DNA of 64,000 bases from Eledone cirrhosa (GCA_964016885.1 OZ024740.1:24304001-24368000); one strand, 5' to 3'. Positions 13,483-27,678 are shown, counted from the first letter of the stretch. Translations and numbers: made by a program. Notes: generated by a model from the sequence alone, not told the origin.

Positions 13483-13910
13483 AATATATACGGAGATTCT
13501 ATGATGATAGATATCTGTACAGTAGACAGTTCGACATTGAACACATTGAAATAGTGTTAACACAAGTCTAGCACCATTATAAATTCTTACACAATAATCT
13601 CATTTACTTCAACAACGTTGCTAATGGACGAATCTTGTCTGGAGTGCCTTCTAATAGAAATGTTTCTCAATATATTTTATGTTATTCGCTATATTAATGA
13701 CTAATTTTTCCTTTCTTTACTTTTGTTTTGTATTTTCTTTTTTGTATTTTTCTTAGAAAATCAGTTATCTTCATTCTTTTGCATTATCAGCTAATTGTAG
13801 AATCGATACTTTTGAGTTTCCAGTACATTGACCCCCCCCCCCCCCCCGATAAGCCAGAGCCCAATCCATGGGAACGTTAGTAGCCAAATTATAAGCCATT
13901 TCTATATTAA

Positions 13911-14005
<95 letters not shown>

Positions 14006-14152
14006 ATATATGAAAAGTGTAATTTACTACACAACACGAAGGTTGTAGAGAAAATTGAGGTTGGTAATGGCACATGGAATATATAAGAGACAGAATACTT
14101 TTTTGTGAAAAAACATATAATTTTATAAGGTAAGGAAATAATAAAGGGTATA

Positions 14153-14202
14153 AAAAATGACCGGTTTCGATGGGTCTGCAAAAGCCATCTTTTCAAATGT
14201 TG
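14153..14202 (-). ncRNA. Minimal hammerhead ribozyme, U3-A8 variant, weak stem I
   Basis: Minus strand: caacat-TTGAAAA-gatgg..ccatc-GAAA-ccgg-TC-atttt. Confidence 0.55.
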
Positions 14203-15185
14203 ATTAATATTAAGAAAAATTAATAATAAGAAAGTTAAAATTTGAGATTTGAAAATTCAAGTATAAAATTCATTGTGGGATTTCACAGTAGTTTTCATCT
14301 TGGTAGCAGCTCGTTTAGCAGCTCGTTGACTGCTGGGTCCCTTTCTGGTAGTGAATGAGAAGTTATTTGGGGGTGTGGGTTATTTTATAAAGGTCAAATT
14401 TAGCAATGGCCAGCTGCTGGTCAGTGAGGGGTGGAAGCAATATACATACACATATCTTCCTGTGGTGGGTAGGAGAGTGGAGCGTGATAGAAAGGGATTT
14501 AGTGCACTTACACCTATATATACACACATACCTTCATCCACACATACATACATATACATATACATACACATATATACACACATATATATATATATATATA
14601 TATCCATACATATACACACGTACATACACACACACATATACATATATATACACACACACACATATATGCACATACACACACATATATATATATATATACA
14701 CACACACACATATATATACATACACACATACAAACACACACACACACACACACATATATACACATACACACACATATATATACACACACACACACATACA
14801 CACACATATACACATACATACACCCACACACAGAGAAATGGCCTCCAAATATATATATATACATACATACACATATATTTTTTCCATAATATAAGAAGTT
14901 AGGACAGTGAAATTAAAATACAAGTCATTCTGATCACATTGAGTTCTTCGTGTAGATTGGGCCCCGCAACCGACAGTGGTGAATTCTGTGTGCGCATATA
15001 TATATATAGATATATGTGTGTGCACGGGCAGGGTTTAACATGGATGTGTTGGTCACACAAAGGCATGGTTTATCAACGAATAAACCTGATTCTACAGAAT
15101 TGGTCTCTGGTCTTTAATAGTGATGATAATTATATACATGCACACCTACAAACACATATATCTGTCACTCCGTGCGTATGTGTGT

Positions 15186-15892
15186 TTATATTTTATGACA
15201 ATTATATTGGGGTGATAACCCGTTTAGTTTTGGTTTAAATTTGTTAAGGAATAGATTTTCTTTGTTTATTCTTTGTTGCTGTGTGAACGAATCCGAGCAC
15301 TTGTAGAAGGGGAAGATTTTAAAGTTGGGTAGTGTCATTCCTGCGCAGTTCGCAATATGGCTGCTCAAGGGGATTTTTCTTGTGCTAGCATCACGGATTT
15401 GTTGGCGGTGGATGGTCATTCTTTTGCGTAATGAGGTGCCCGTCTGTCCTATGTAGTTGTGTTTGCACCCACCGAAAGTTATTGCGTAAATCAAGTTCTC
15501 CGAGTTGCAGGTGAAATTGTTTTTTACTGTAAATGTTTGGCCATCTTTAAATGTAAATGTTTGTCCTTCAGTGAGGTAGAGGCACGTTCCACAGTTTGTT
15601 CTACCACATTTGGTAACTGTAGGGTTGAGGATTGGTTTGGGTATATTTGGTCCAGTGAGAATGCGTTTTAGTGATTTGGGTTGTCTTTTACTTTTAAGGA
15701 TCTTGTGTGTTTCAAGAATAGACTTCATTTTTACATCTCTAAGTAGGATGGGGAGGTTTTTGTGTAGGTGATCAAACATTTCGGTATTTCTGGGGTTGAA
15801 AGTGGATACATATGGCAGGGTGTTGAGTGTGGTTTTCTGTTTTGGATTGTTAAGTTGATGCGGATTTAGGTGTTTTGCCCTGTCTATTCCAT
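15186..15892 (-). pseudogene. PLE C-terminus: Cys-rich linker + GIY-YIG endonuclease
   Basis: KCGRTNCGTC..NFTCNSENLIYAI...CKHNYIGQT...LRKRMTIHR..RINKENLF..KFKPKLN. Confidence 0.88.
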
Positions 15893-16117
15893 ATATATAT
15901 AACAAGGAAAGTGTGGTAACGAACCATGTGGAATATAAGGCACCAGGGTACTCGACACTTAGGGTAGTAGTGTGGGTAATAAAAAAGAGTCAGGACCTCG
16001 TTGGCTGGGCTCCGGCCGTTTCGACAACTAGATCCGAACTAAATCAGATACTACAGGTTTAGTTAGGATCTAGCTGTCGAAACGCCTGACCTCGGCCGCC
16101 GGGTTCCTGACTCTTTT

Positions 16118-16184
<67 letters not shown>

Positions 16185-16345
16185 AACATAAGTCTGCACC
16201 CCTCTACCCCTAAATTAAATTTCTACTACCACTATTCTATCAACTTGACCTCTAACTACTTTTCTATTGGTCAATTCAAAACCTGTTCCCAAACAGACCT
16301 ATTATATTAAATCTTTGTTGTTTTTTTTTCAATAAACAAATCTCA

Positions 16346-16475
16346 TCATTTCTGAAGACACCATATATATGTGAAGGTATGTATATTTCCTCTGATAGTT
16401 TGTAATATTTTTACATAGATCTATATGATATACATACCAACACACATATATATCCTAGAAACGATCGTAAAATGA
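16346..16475 (+). ncRNA. Type-I hammerhead ribozyme with long stem II
   Basis: tcattt-CTGAAGA-(atatatatgtg..ggtatgtatat / atatacatacc..cacatatatat)-GAAA-cgatcg-TA-aaatga. Stem I is perfect and stem III is palindromic. Confidence 0.75.
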
Positions 16476-16620
16476 ACTTTTTAATATAAGGAACTTGTTC
16501 TTTGTTTTTATTCATTGTTTTTATTAATTTATCTTGACTCTGTTTTCCAATGATTTTCATCGAAAGTTTTTGAATGCATCTTCTCTTTTCATGATATATA
16601 TATATATATATGTATATATG

Positions 16621-16668
<48 letters not shown>

Positions 16669-16673
<5 letters not shown>

Positions 16674-18357
16674 ATACTTTGGGAGGGTCATGTTGCCAAT
16701 AAGAAACACACGCACCAGTTGCTTTCACTTCAATTTATTATAATAAATTTATAAATTTAGGAATTTATAAATTTCTGGTTGGTTGGTTCCACAACCAGAT
16801 AGTTGTTTATATATTGTCAAAGTTCTTTCGTCACACATTCTGTGACCTCTTCAGTGACTGGGGATTCTTTTCTTTGTGTTTGTGCCTCTCCTTTGTTCTG
16901 TCCTACGCCATTTTGTTTCTGTGTGTGTGTTGTGTGCTCAGTCTGCGCATGCGCCACATCCGCGTGTCTGTGTGTGTTTATATTCGTTTATTTATTTGTT
17001 TATTTATATGTTACCGGTTGGATGTTTGTTCTATGTGCGTGTGTGTTTTCATTTTGTCCTTAATTTTAAGTTGTGATGTTGCTGTTCCACTCATATTTTC
17101 TATTTAATTTTGGTTGTAATTCTTTTATGTTTATTGCCTCTGTGATTTGTCTAAACATTGCGTCTTTTCTGTGTGTATATTCTATTTTTATTTCTATGTT
17201 CTCTAATGTACCCTTATGTTCTATTTTAGCATGTTGGTAGCGTGCAGATGATCCTTTACTATCTTGAAGGTCTCGCCAGTGTTCATTTATCCATTCCCCT
17301 ACACTACGAGCTGTCTCATCTATGTACACTATATTTTTCTCTCTACATTGTCCTTCAGTACATCTTATGCTATATACTACATTTCTAGTTTTACAGTTAA
17401 TATGGGGGCTTATTTTACAGGTTATACATTTCTTATCTATAAAGGGGGGTCATTGAAAAGGGTATGTCTTGCTAATAAGTGTTTTTACGGAGGTACCTGG
17501 TCTTTTTACTATCTTAATATTGAGTTTATATTTATCTAGGGCCCTTCTAAATTTGTAAGCTAATTCACCTCTAGGGGTAGTATCGATGAACATTACACTC
17601 TGGTATTTATTGCTATCATACCATGAGTTTATTCTATTAGCCTTATTCCTAGTTCTTTCTATTCTATTCCAAAATTTGCTCCTATACAAGGGGCAGGTCC
17701 CATTTATGTCATTATTCACCATTTTTTCCCATTTGGTTCTGGCTCCTCTATACACTCTGATTTTATCTCTCTGATTGTAACCAGAGAACTGCATACGGTG
17801 GATGAAGTGTTGTATGTGTCTCTCTAATTCTTCGGGGTTGCACATGCGGGACACGTTTCTCATCACCCGTACCAAATCCGCAATCAGTATGTTGATTTTG
17901 GTATGGTCCGAAACAGCTGAGTTTCTGTGGATCAGATGTTTGGAAGTCATGGGTTTGGCATAATGGGAATGGAGGATTTGTTTTTGTTATTAATGGTATC
18001 TAACCAGAACTCTGTGTCTAGTACAGGTAATCGATGGTTGGGGTGTTTACTTGGGTAGTCTATAGTAACTCTAATACTCTGGTGGATGGAGGTATGTCTT
18101 GCTAATAAGTGTTTTTACGGAGGTACCTGGTCTTTCTACTATCTTAATATTGAGTTTATGCTTATCTAGGGCCCTTCTAAATTTGTAAGCTAATTCACCT
18201 CTAGGGGTTGTATCGATGAACATTACACTCTGGTATTTATTGCTATCATACCATGAGTTTATTCTATTAGCCTTATTCTTAGTTCTTTCTATTCTATTCC
18301 AAAATAGACTACCCAAGTAAACACCCAACCATCGATTACCTGTACTAGACACAGAGC
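16669..18357 (-). mobile_element. 5'-truncated, rearranged Penelope-like element (RT end, thumb, GIY-YIG, 3' pLTR with HHR)
   Basis: Reading frame ~18070-17066: DYPSKHPNHRLPVLD..YAKPMTS..MQFSGY..CITC..CKTRNVVYSIRC..YIDETARS..RQITEA..LNRKYEW. There is an internal duplication (18090-18304) and an inversion (18304-18357). The 3' end gtataacaa abuts (TA)n. Confidence 0.85.
16816..16858 (-). ncRNA. Minimal hammerhead ribozyme in PLE 3' pLTR
   Basis: Minus strand: gtca-CTGAAGA-g gtcac agaatgt gtgac-GAAA-gaac-TT-tgac. Confidence 0.75.
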
Positions 18358-18540
18358 TCTGCTTTCAACACACGTTTTCAGATAAAGAATCTTGCTAAAC
18401 AAATTCAGAAACCAAATATATATATATATATTTGTCTAAAGAGGTGATGGTGTCGTCCATTAGGAAGATAAGGCAAACATTTTAAGTTTCGAATTCTTTA
18501 CTAAGACAGAGTAAACATAGTTATAGAATTCTCCTGCGAC

Positions 18541-18842
18541 CAGAGTTGGATTTAGAACTTGGCGGAGGGCCCGGGAACCTCAGGTTAGGTGGGTGGGTGA
18601 TGTGTCTGGGGCTCATGCCGAAAACATTAGAATACACAGCAAAACCCCTAATTTTACATATCAAAGTTAGCTTGGCACAAGTAACTGGAATTAAATTAAA
18701 AAAATTCTAACCTTCCTAAAATTAAACACCCCAGCTGTGGACAGAAATAAATTACCTCGCCTCTTGCTGGTGAGGCCTCTCGCTGGTGGGGCCTCTCTTT
18801 GCAAGGGGTCCAGAGACCCCCCCCCCATTAAATCCGTCCTTG
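18541..18842. mobile_element. Possible non-autonomous DNA transposon (MITE)
   Basis: Imperfect terminal inverted repeats (TIRs) cagagttggattta / taaatccgtccttg. Confidence 0.4.
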
Positions 18843-18964
18843 CCTGCGACGTGATGCTAGCAGCCAAACCTTTTTCAAGTAGTATTTTACTGTTTCAAAT
18901 ACTGAAGGATTCTGAAGAAATATTATTATCACAACTGGAATGCTTTTGACCCTAAATATAGTCA

Positions 18965-19250
18965 ATCAGTTATAGTCGTGATATCGGAGATCAGAGGGTC
19001 ACTCCAGGTAGAGCCGCTACTTCCCCAAATTGAGATATCACAGCTCAGATATGATGAGCATGTGGTTAGAATATCCCAGGAAAGTCTCGCTGGACAGATT
19101 TTGCGGGCAAAACCAACGACAGGAGACCCAGTGATAGACCCCAAGCAAGATGGTTAGATACCTTCCATGAGCTTGGTTGGTCTCGCTTAGGGATCCAGTC
19201 GGATCCGTTGGAGTCTGTTGTACTGGCGTCGATCTAATCGACTTTCCTCT
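18965..19250 (+). pseudogene. Decayed RTE-type LINE 3' fragment
   Basis: QLRYDEHVVRISQESLAGQILRAKP..RP..RWLD resembles the RTE C-terminal QLRWxGHVxRM motif. Confidence 0.5.
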
Positions 19251-19289
19251 CCTCTTCAAATTGCTGGCCTTGTTCCTAAAGTAGAAACA

Positions 19290-19341
19290 ATTATTATTGT
19301 TGTTGTTATTGTTGTTGTTATTGTTGTTGTTATTGTTGTTG

Positions 19342-19383
<42 letters not shown>

Positions 19384-19496
19384 GAAGAAGAAGAAGAAGA
19401 AGAAGAAGAAGAAGAAGAAGAAGAAGAAGAAGAAGAAGAAGAAGAAGAAGAAGAAGAAGAAGAAGAAGAAGAAGAAGAAGAAGAAGAAGAAGAAGA
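19290..19496. repeat. Compound (TTG/TTA)n + (GAA)n microsatellite
   Basis: Read directly from the sequence. Confidence 0.95.
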
Positions 19497-19869
19497 TAAT
19501 CATTATCCACAATACATCTGAAATGGTTACATATTTAGACAAAACTACCTGCGAACCAGGTGACTGTGTTAAACAGGAAAAAGGGGTTATGCACATGGTG
19601 CACAAAAGTACTAAATTAGACATATCATACTAATTCCATTTCAATTTCGGAAATGACAGGTGAAATGATTTGAAATCTGTGCGCACAGAGCCTGCAAAAA
19701 TGTCGCAAGTCATTCCTTTATTTATCCCAAAAGGAAAAGGATGAATGGCAAAGACGACATCGGTGAGATTTATACTGAAGGGCAGAACTCCAGAAGAAGT
19801 ATGAGAGATATTTACTCCGACGTGCGATAGATTCTGGTAGGGGTCTACCTTGAAATTTGAAAGCAATTA

Positions 19870-20212
19870 AAGGCCCCCAGTGGTCACTAATGACCATGGT
19901 TTTATGCACTTAGAAAGTTTTACTCCGCAGTACAACCTTGGGCAATGTTTGTTTGAGGAAGACCAGCAGTCACCCATACATACCAGTCTGTCCCTCACCA
20001 TGCCATCGATGTTGTCCAAGGGAAAGGCAATGGCCGATGCAGCTTGGCACCAGTGACGTCGCAACTCCTTTCTACAGCTGAGTAAACTGTAGTAACATGA
20101 AACAATGTGTCTTACTCAAGGACACAATGTGTCTTACACAAGATCACTCGGGGCGAGAATCGAACTCACAACCTCTCAATTGCAAGCCCAACGTCTAACC
20201 AATAAGGCATCA
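19870..20212 (-). mobile_element. Degenerate tRNA-derived SINE
   Basis: Minus strand: ttggttagacgttgggcttgcaattgagaggttgtgagttcgattctc..attgtgtccttgagtaagacac, similar to 49830. Confidence 0.65.
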
Positions 20213-20606
20213 CTTCATTAAGCTCTAAGTAACTTATAACCAACTAGGAATTGCTTTACAATCAGTCATGCGTTTATGATTCATATTCTACCAAGATTGT
20301 AAGGTTCATTATAAAAATAGATAGGTACCACCCGAAATCAAATAGACTGTAACCATCATCTCACTCACCAGCACCACAATTATCTCCACCTTACCTGCCT
20401 CACCACATGTGATATTCTTGTCATTGGTTTTGTCATGTTGGTAAGTGTTGTGCCCACATATTTCGCAGTCTTCCCGGATCAGCGGTATCCACAAGGAAAC
20501 AGTCCTGGCATGGTACTTGATCAAGATTACATCCTGATGTAATCTGCGCAACAAACACACGATACAAAGAGACACATACACACACGTGCACACCCATACA
20601 CACAAA

Positions 20607-20678
<72 letters not shown>

Positions 20679-21616
20679 AAACACACACACATATTCTTTC
20701 TCTCTTACTTATACAGAAACATAGATATATATTTAAAATACGCACACACATTCTCTCTTACTCTATATCTTGCTTACTTATACACACACACATATATATA
20801 TATTTAAAACACACACACACACTCTCCCATTCTATCTCTTACTTACACATATATAAATATGTATTTAAAATGAATGGTACATATATAATAGAAAATGAGA
20901 TTTAAATAAATAATAAAATAAAGAAAATATTTAGATACAAATTGGTGAATTTAAACTCTATTTCCAGCTCCACAAATACATAACATAACTATAATATAAT
21001 ATAATACAATGTAATATAATAAAATATAATATAACATAAGATTGTAAAACAAAAACAGATATAGGAAAGCCTGTTATGGACTAGAAGCGTAGAAGAGTGT
21101 TAGAAAGACTAGAGAAGTTACTCCGAAGGCAGTTTAAACACTAAAATAAACTGAACTAACATTACAAATATAAGATAACTAGAAGTGATATAAAGACAAC
21201 ATAACAATATAACAATACTTAGAACACCAGTTTTTATATAAATAAAACACAACACACTCTATCTCAGTATTTTGGCAGACAATCAACAATGGAAAGCAAG
21301 CGGAAGGAAAGAAATAAACAAAATATTTAAAGACACAATAATAGAAGAAAAAAGGATAAAATAGTAAAATGAAATACATAAACAGAAAAACACATATAAA
21401 CACATACACACATATACATATACTCACATAGGCACATATACGTATAGTGTACACACTTATAGGCATACATGGAGACAGCGAGACACACAGACATGAGAAG
21501 AGACTGAGAGACACACGGGGAGATAAATATCTTGCGGTTTTTAATAACCAACACACACAAGTATAACAATTCTTGTAAACAGAGTTGATTCGCAAAACAA
21601 ACATAAGCAAAGCAAG

Positions 21617-21683
<67 letters not shown>

Positions 21684-21944
21684 TATGTATATACAAGACA
21701 CATTGTAGAAAATATTAAATGAAATGAACCACAGAGACAAACACGAACGCACACACACACCCACACGCACACATACACACATACACAGACATATACAAAT
21801 AAATATACATAGATACATCCATATATGCATATATATATATGTGTGTGTGTGGAAGGGGGGTATATACATATATATATACACATACACACATACACACATA
21901 CACACAGACATATACATATAAATATACATACAAACATCCATATA

Positions 21945-21987
<43 letters not shown>

Positions 21988-22247
21988 CCTATATATACAG
22001 AATGAGAGGGGGGAGACAGAGAGGAGAGAATGGGGGTTTAATATAAGATCATAAAAAAAAAAAAACAATCTGTAGAAGGAAGAGGAGTCATGGCTGGCAT
22101 TAGAATAGTAAGATCGAAGTCACACAAAGTATCCCAACGAATTTAACCATAAGAGGTTTGAAATATATTAGACTCCCCGTCTTGACATACATATATATAC
22201 GTCTAGCAATCAATGTAATGTCTCTACTTACATCAATCCCTGGGTCT

Positions 22248-22305
<58 letters not shown>

Positions 22306-22819
22306 CACACACACATGTATATAATAGAAAACGAAAAATTCAGTGATGCATCTGAACTCAATTAATTGTGTGTTACAATTGTTTCGCTGGCGGACAGCTC
22401 GAGACGCGATCATTGTGTGGATCTGTCTGATTATGGACCCGCAGGTTTGAGGGACACGTCTCTCATATATATATGTATATATATATCACATAAGAAACGG
22501 AGAATCAGTGGTGCGACGAATAAAATGTATTAGGCATATTACAATCGTTTCTCCGGCGACCAGCTCGAGGCACGATCGATGCAATGATAGAATCTGACTC
22601 TGAAATCGCAAGATCCTCAGATATGTCTCGATATTTGGAAGCAGAGTTTCCAATATATATATATGACGGCGATGAATTTATTTTGCAAGTTCTTTCGTTG
22701 CACCTCAGCAACATCATCAGTGGTACTATTATGTCCCCTCCTATTGTATTGTATCGTAATGTCTACGTCATTTTAATTTTTTCCTATATTTTATTCATTT
22801 CTTAAAATTTAATCTGTTA

Positions 22820-22900
<81 letters not shown>

Positions 22901-22958
22901 CGTAAAATAGGTAAATGTTAAAAAATTTTAAAATATTAACTTACTTACTAAAATTTTC

Positions 22959-23039
22959 ACTCCAACTAATTAGTTTCTGCAATGGGATAAAGACAGTTAC
23001 GTAATAAACTGTCGGGAATTCATTGCGTCATCAGGGAGT
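22959..23039 (-). ncRNA. Type-I hammerhead ribozyme
   Basis: Reverse complement of 23821-23901. Confidence 0.8.
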
Positions 23040-23820
23040 CTATTCTCAGCTGAGTCTCCAGGCAATGCGCGGACACTGGGGACCCATATAAAAATAATAA
23101 TAATTCGGTAGATGGAACAGCTAGCGGGGACTGGATTCCATGTACTGAAAAGCTCGCTGTCACTGGTCAAATGGCAGATTCTAAAGAATCAATCACGTGA
23201 CACTGAGGCTAGTCGGTAGGAGTGGGATGGTAAGATGACAGAAGCCTACCAGCACACCAATAAATTAGTAGTGGTTTTGGCAGGTTTGCTCAACAAATAA
23301 GTAATTTGGAGATAAATATAGAGAATTTAGTATATCTACTAACATATGCGTACAGATGTACGCTAATGCTAGCAAATACACTGGTTATGTCATAGTACCT
23401 AGGTGGTTCAATGCAGGAGGATGCAGAACAATAATATAAAAGACGTAAAATAAGAAAATTTTAAAAAATTTTTAAAAATTAACTTACTTACTAATAGCGT
23501 ACATCTGTACGCATATGTTAGTAGATATACTAAATTCTCTATATTTATCTCCAAATTACTTATTTGTTGAGCAAACCTGCCAAAACCACTACTAATTTAT
23601 TGGTGTGCTAGTAGGCTTCTGTCATCTTACCATCCCACTCCTACCGACTAGCATCAGTGTCACGTGATTGATTCTTTAGAATCTGCCATTTGACCAGTGA
23701 CAGCGAGCTTTTCAGTACATGGAATCCAGTCCCCGCTAGCTGTTCCATCTACCGAATTATTATTATTTTTATATGGGTCCCCATTGTCCGCGCATTGCCT
23801 GGAGACTCAGCTGAGAATAG

Positions 23821-23901
23821 ACTCCCTGATGACGCAATGAATTCTCGACAGTTTATTACGTAACTGTCTTTATCCCATTGCAGAAACTAATTAGTTGGAG
23901 T
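23821..23901 (+). ncRNA. Type-I hammerhead ribozyme
   Basis: actcc-CTGATGA-cgcaatg..cattgca-GAAA-ctaattag-TT-ggagt, with palindromic stem III. Confidence 0.82.
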
Positions 23902-24074
23902 GAAAATTTTAATAAGTTAATTTTTTAAAATTTTTTAAAATTTTCTTATTTTACGTCTTTTATATTATTGTTCTGCATCCTCCTGCATTGAACCACCTAG
24001 GTACTATGACGTAACCTGTGTATTTGCTAGCATTAGCGTACATCTGTACGCATATGTTAGTAGATATACTAAAT

Positions 24075-24114
<40 letters not shown>

Positions 24115-24333
24115 ACTAGAAATTGATTAACATATAAATAAACATATGAAACAATCACAGGGGATAATTTTTACAAGTGTGTTAGCACACATAGCTAGGT
24201 AGCTAACTAAATAAAGTTAAATAGAACTTCATAAATAGATACCTTATAATATGATTAATCTGGCATGACACTCATAATTTTGATTTAGATTAAATTCACT
24301 TTGATTTATCTTAATTTTGGATATATATATATA

Positions 24334-24376
<43 letters not shown>

Positions 24377-24449
24377 CTGTAATTTTAACCGTTGGTCAAT
24401 CAATGATAAACGTAGATTGCCAAATAAATTAACTATGGAGATATAAATG

Positions 24450-24538
24450 TTACAGAAGCGAAAACCAACCAAACAGTGAGTGTGTTCTGTTATTATTTCT
24501 GGCAATATTATTACAACAATATGACTCTCCCCAAGTAT

Positions 24539-24544
<6 letters not shown>
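24450..24544 (+). mobile_element. Solo 3' end related to the PLE at 16669 (another copy at 27100-27248, -)
   Basis: atgactctccc(c)aagtataacaa + (TA)n is shared with 16669-16695 and 27100-27125. Confidence 0.65.
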
Positions 24545-24628
<84 letters not shown>

Positions 24629-24755
24629 GAATGTATGTATAGTATATTTGGTAATATACTGTATGTTTAATCAAAAACATTTAGAAGACCATACGTTATC
24701 AGTTATAAAGATGTGACTATGTCACTTACTTCTTTTCGTCGAAAAAAGGGAGAGA

Positions 24756-24797
24756 AGCTTACAGCCTGTTTCACGCTGGCTGACGTTCATCAGAGCC
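24756..24797 (-). ncRNA. Minimal type-I hammerhead ribozyme
   Basis: Minus strand: ggct-CTGATGA-acg tcagccag cgt-GAAA-caggctg-TA-agct. Confidence 0.7.
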
Positions 24798-25644
24798 ACA
24801 CACTCCCTGCTTCCGCCGAAAATTATAGAGGCTGGATTATTATAGAATTCCAGTAATAATCAGGAGCTGATTATACAGAGCAATTGACAGCCTAGCAAAA
24901 ATTAGGTATTAGGATTGGTGCTCTGAAATAGCGATATATACATGAATGTATATAGTTGTTGTAGGGTTGCAGGTAAACTAGTTCGTATGCGGTATGCCGG
25001 TTGAGCACTCGATGCTCGCGCAGGGCAAAGTATATTATCATAAAGAACGAGGAATCTGTGTTGCATCAAACCACAATTTATTAACATATTACATATTTTT
25101 CCATGTTCGACAGAAAAAACATATGTAATATGTTAATAATTTGTTTTGATGCATCACTGATTACTTGTTATCTATAATATATATATATATATATGTAATA
25201 AACAACATAAGACAATTATTCCATGTACCAAATGTTTCACAAACACAGACGAGCTCGACACTGACGTCTGAAATCGCTCATCAAAATGAAATTTTGTAAT
25301 GGATGTAAGATATGGATTTAAAAACAAAGGGTAAAATAATTGAACGCAAGGCTGATATAAAATATAATAACGGACGTAATGTAATGGGGAAACATAATAA
25401 ATATATATATAACATATTTTTGCGAGGTGTTTTTATATGAAATCGTGTGTCGAAACAAATCATGCTGACATTTTCCTGTCGGCATGACTAGGCAAGCTAA
25501 TTAGAACACTGGATTAACCCCTTTACTTCCCTCTGAAGAAGAGATATTATCTCGAAATATAAGAATATTCAAATAAATTTAAGGTAAACGACTAATTGTC
25601 AGCGATATCTTTTGCATTTGTATTTATATTATATATCTATATAA

Positions 25645-25783
25645 GGATGAAAGGCAAAGTCAACCTCTGAGTTCAAATCCCGCCGAGGTTGACTTTGCCT
25701 TTCATCCTTACGGGGTCGATAAAATAAAGTACCAGTAATGCACTGGGTAATTGCTGGCCTTGTGCCTAAAGTAGAAACAATTA
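25645..25783 (+). mobile_element. SINE 3' half with short inverted duplication
   Basis: gagttcaaatcccgccgaggttgactttgcctttcatccttacggggtcgataaaataaagtaccag, preceded by an inverted aaggatgaaaggcaaagtcaacctc. Confidence 0.75.
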
Positions 25784-25827
25784 TATATCTATACCTGCAT
25801 TGTTCTGGCCTTCTAACTTCAAACGTT

Positions 25828-25921
<94 letters not shown>

Positions 25922-25960
25922 ATATATGTATACAGTGCTGAGGAAATGCTTATAGCTGCC

Positions 25961-26019
<59 letters not shown>

Positions 26020-26051
26020 TACATACATACATATACATACATACATATATT

Positions 26052-26560
<509 letters not shown>

Positions 26561-26929
26561 GAGTGCACTGTCTGCTAAAGTCCAGTAGGATCCAATGTAT
26601 GCAATGAGGATCTCTGATATGACGAGCTCGATTTTTCTGAATCAAAGGAGCCAGTGAGAAATTGATCCATTTGTGAAATGGTACTACAGTTACTCACTCC
26701 ATGGTTCATTAGGTATGAGTACAGCTTGATTCGCAAGTCAGCTGCTGGACTGCCATTACATGGTAGAATGAATGAACCCCGAGCCAGTATTATGACGAGA
26801 CACGGAGTTAAAGTGTCGCATACCTTAACGTCCCTGCAAAACAAAAGCGGGTCTGAAAATCACCTGAGTGCACATAATCGTGCAACGTTCAGTGAAGAGA
26901 TATCACCCTTCTGACCTGAACTACCAATC

Positions 26930-27104
<175 letters not shown>

Positions 27105-27277
27105 ATACTTTGGGAGAGTCATGTTGCCAATAAAAACACACACACCTGTTGGTTTTCACTTCAATTTATTATAAATTTCCGGTTGTTTGTTTAGTTTGAT
27201 AACCAGAACGTTGTTTATATATAATCACAGCTCTTTCGTCACACATATGAAATCTCGCAAAACAAATTTAAAAAAAT

Positions 27278-27320
<43 letters not shown>

Positions 27321-27540
27321 TAAAGAGTTAAACAAGATTCAATGAGTACATCAAACAATGAGATTTACAGTAGATTGGAAGCACTCTACTGGAAAATTAT
27401 TTCCCAGAGTTATTAATATTAAAATACAAATATTAATAAAATAGATGTTCTTTTGATGAATTAAATTTGATCATAAATTTGATCAATTAGATTTTAAATC
27501 TTAACCATTTAACATCTCAGGGTATGTCATGTATCATTAT

Positions 27541-27593
27541 ATTTTCTCTGATGAGGACGTACTGTTGTACCTCTGAAATATGTATAATAAAAT
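27541..27593 (+). ncRNA. Type-I hammerhead ribozyme motif inside a small fold-back element (arms ~27415-27468 / 27590-27642)
   Basis: attttct-CTGATGA-gga cgtac tgtt gtac ctct-GAAA-tatgta-TA-ataaaat. Confidence 0.65.
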
Positions 27594-27633
27594 TTAATTG
27601 ATCAAAAGAACATCAATTTTATTAATATTTGTG

Positions 27634-27677
<44 letters not shown>

Positions 27678-27678
<1 letters not shown>

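Larger units (their letters stand above)
14030..15892 (-). mobile_element. 5'-truncated Penelope-like element (Neptune-like): GIY-YIG ORF end, 3' region and HHR
   Basis: ORF 15186-15905 is followed on the same strand by an HHR motif at 14153-14202, ending near (TA)n. Confidence 0.75.
22895..24080. mobile_element. Fold-back non-coding element of two ~1.1-unit arms of a ~540-nt HHR-containing unit
   Basis: Left arm (-) 22895-23493 has period 543; right arm (+) 23495-24080 has period 539. One HHR per arm, with (TA)n on both sides. A diverged copy lies at 50620-51365. Confidence 0.88.

Noticed and set aside
17450-17452. In-frame TGA in the PLE ORF as possible selenocysteine
   Set aside because: It is not at a Cys-motif position (PFQ*PP). 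The same copy has other decay substitutions (YIDET, EWINEH), so CGA>TGA mutation is the simpler explanation.
20309-20530. Possible zinc-knuckle remnant of an RLE/R4-type LINE on the minus strand
   Set aside because: The similarity is too weak to call by eye.
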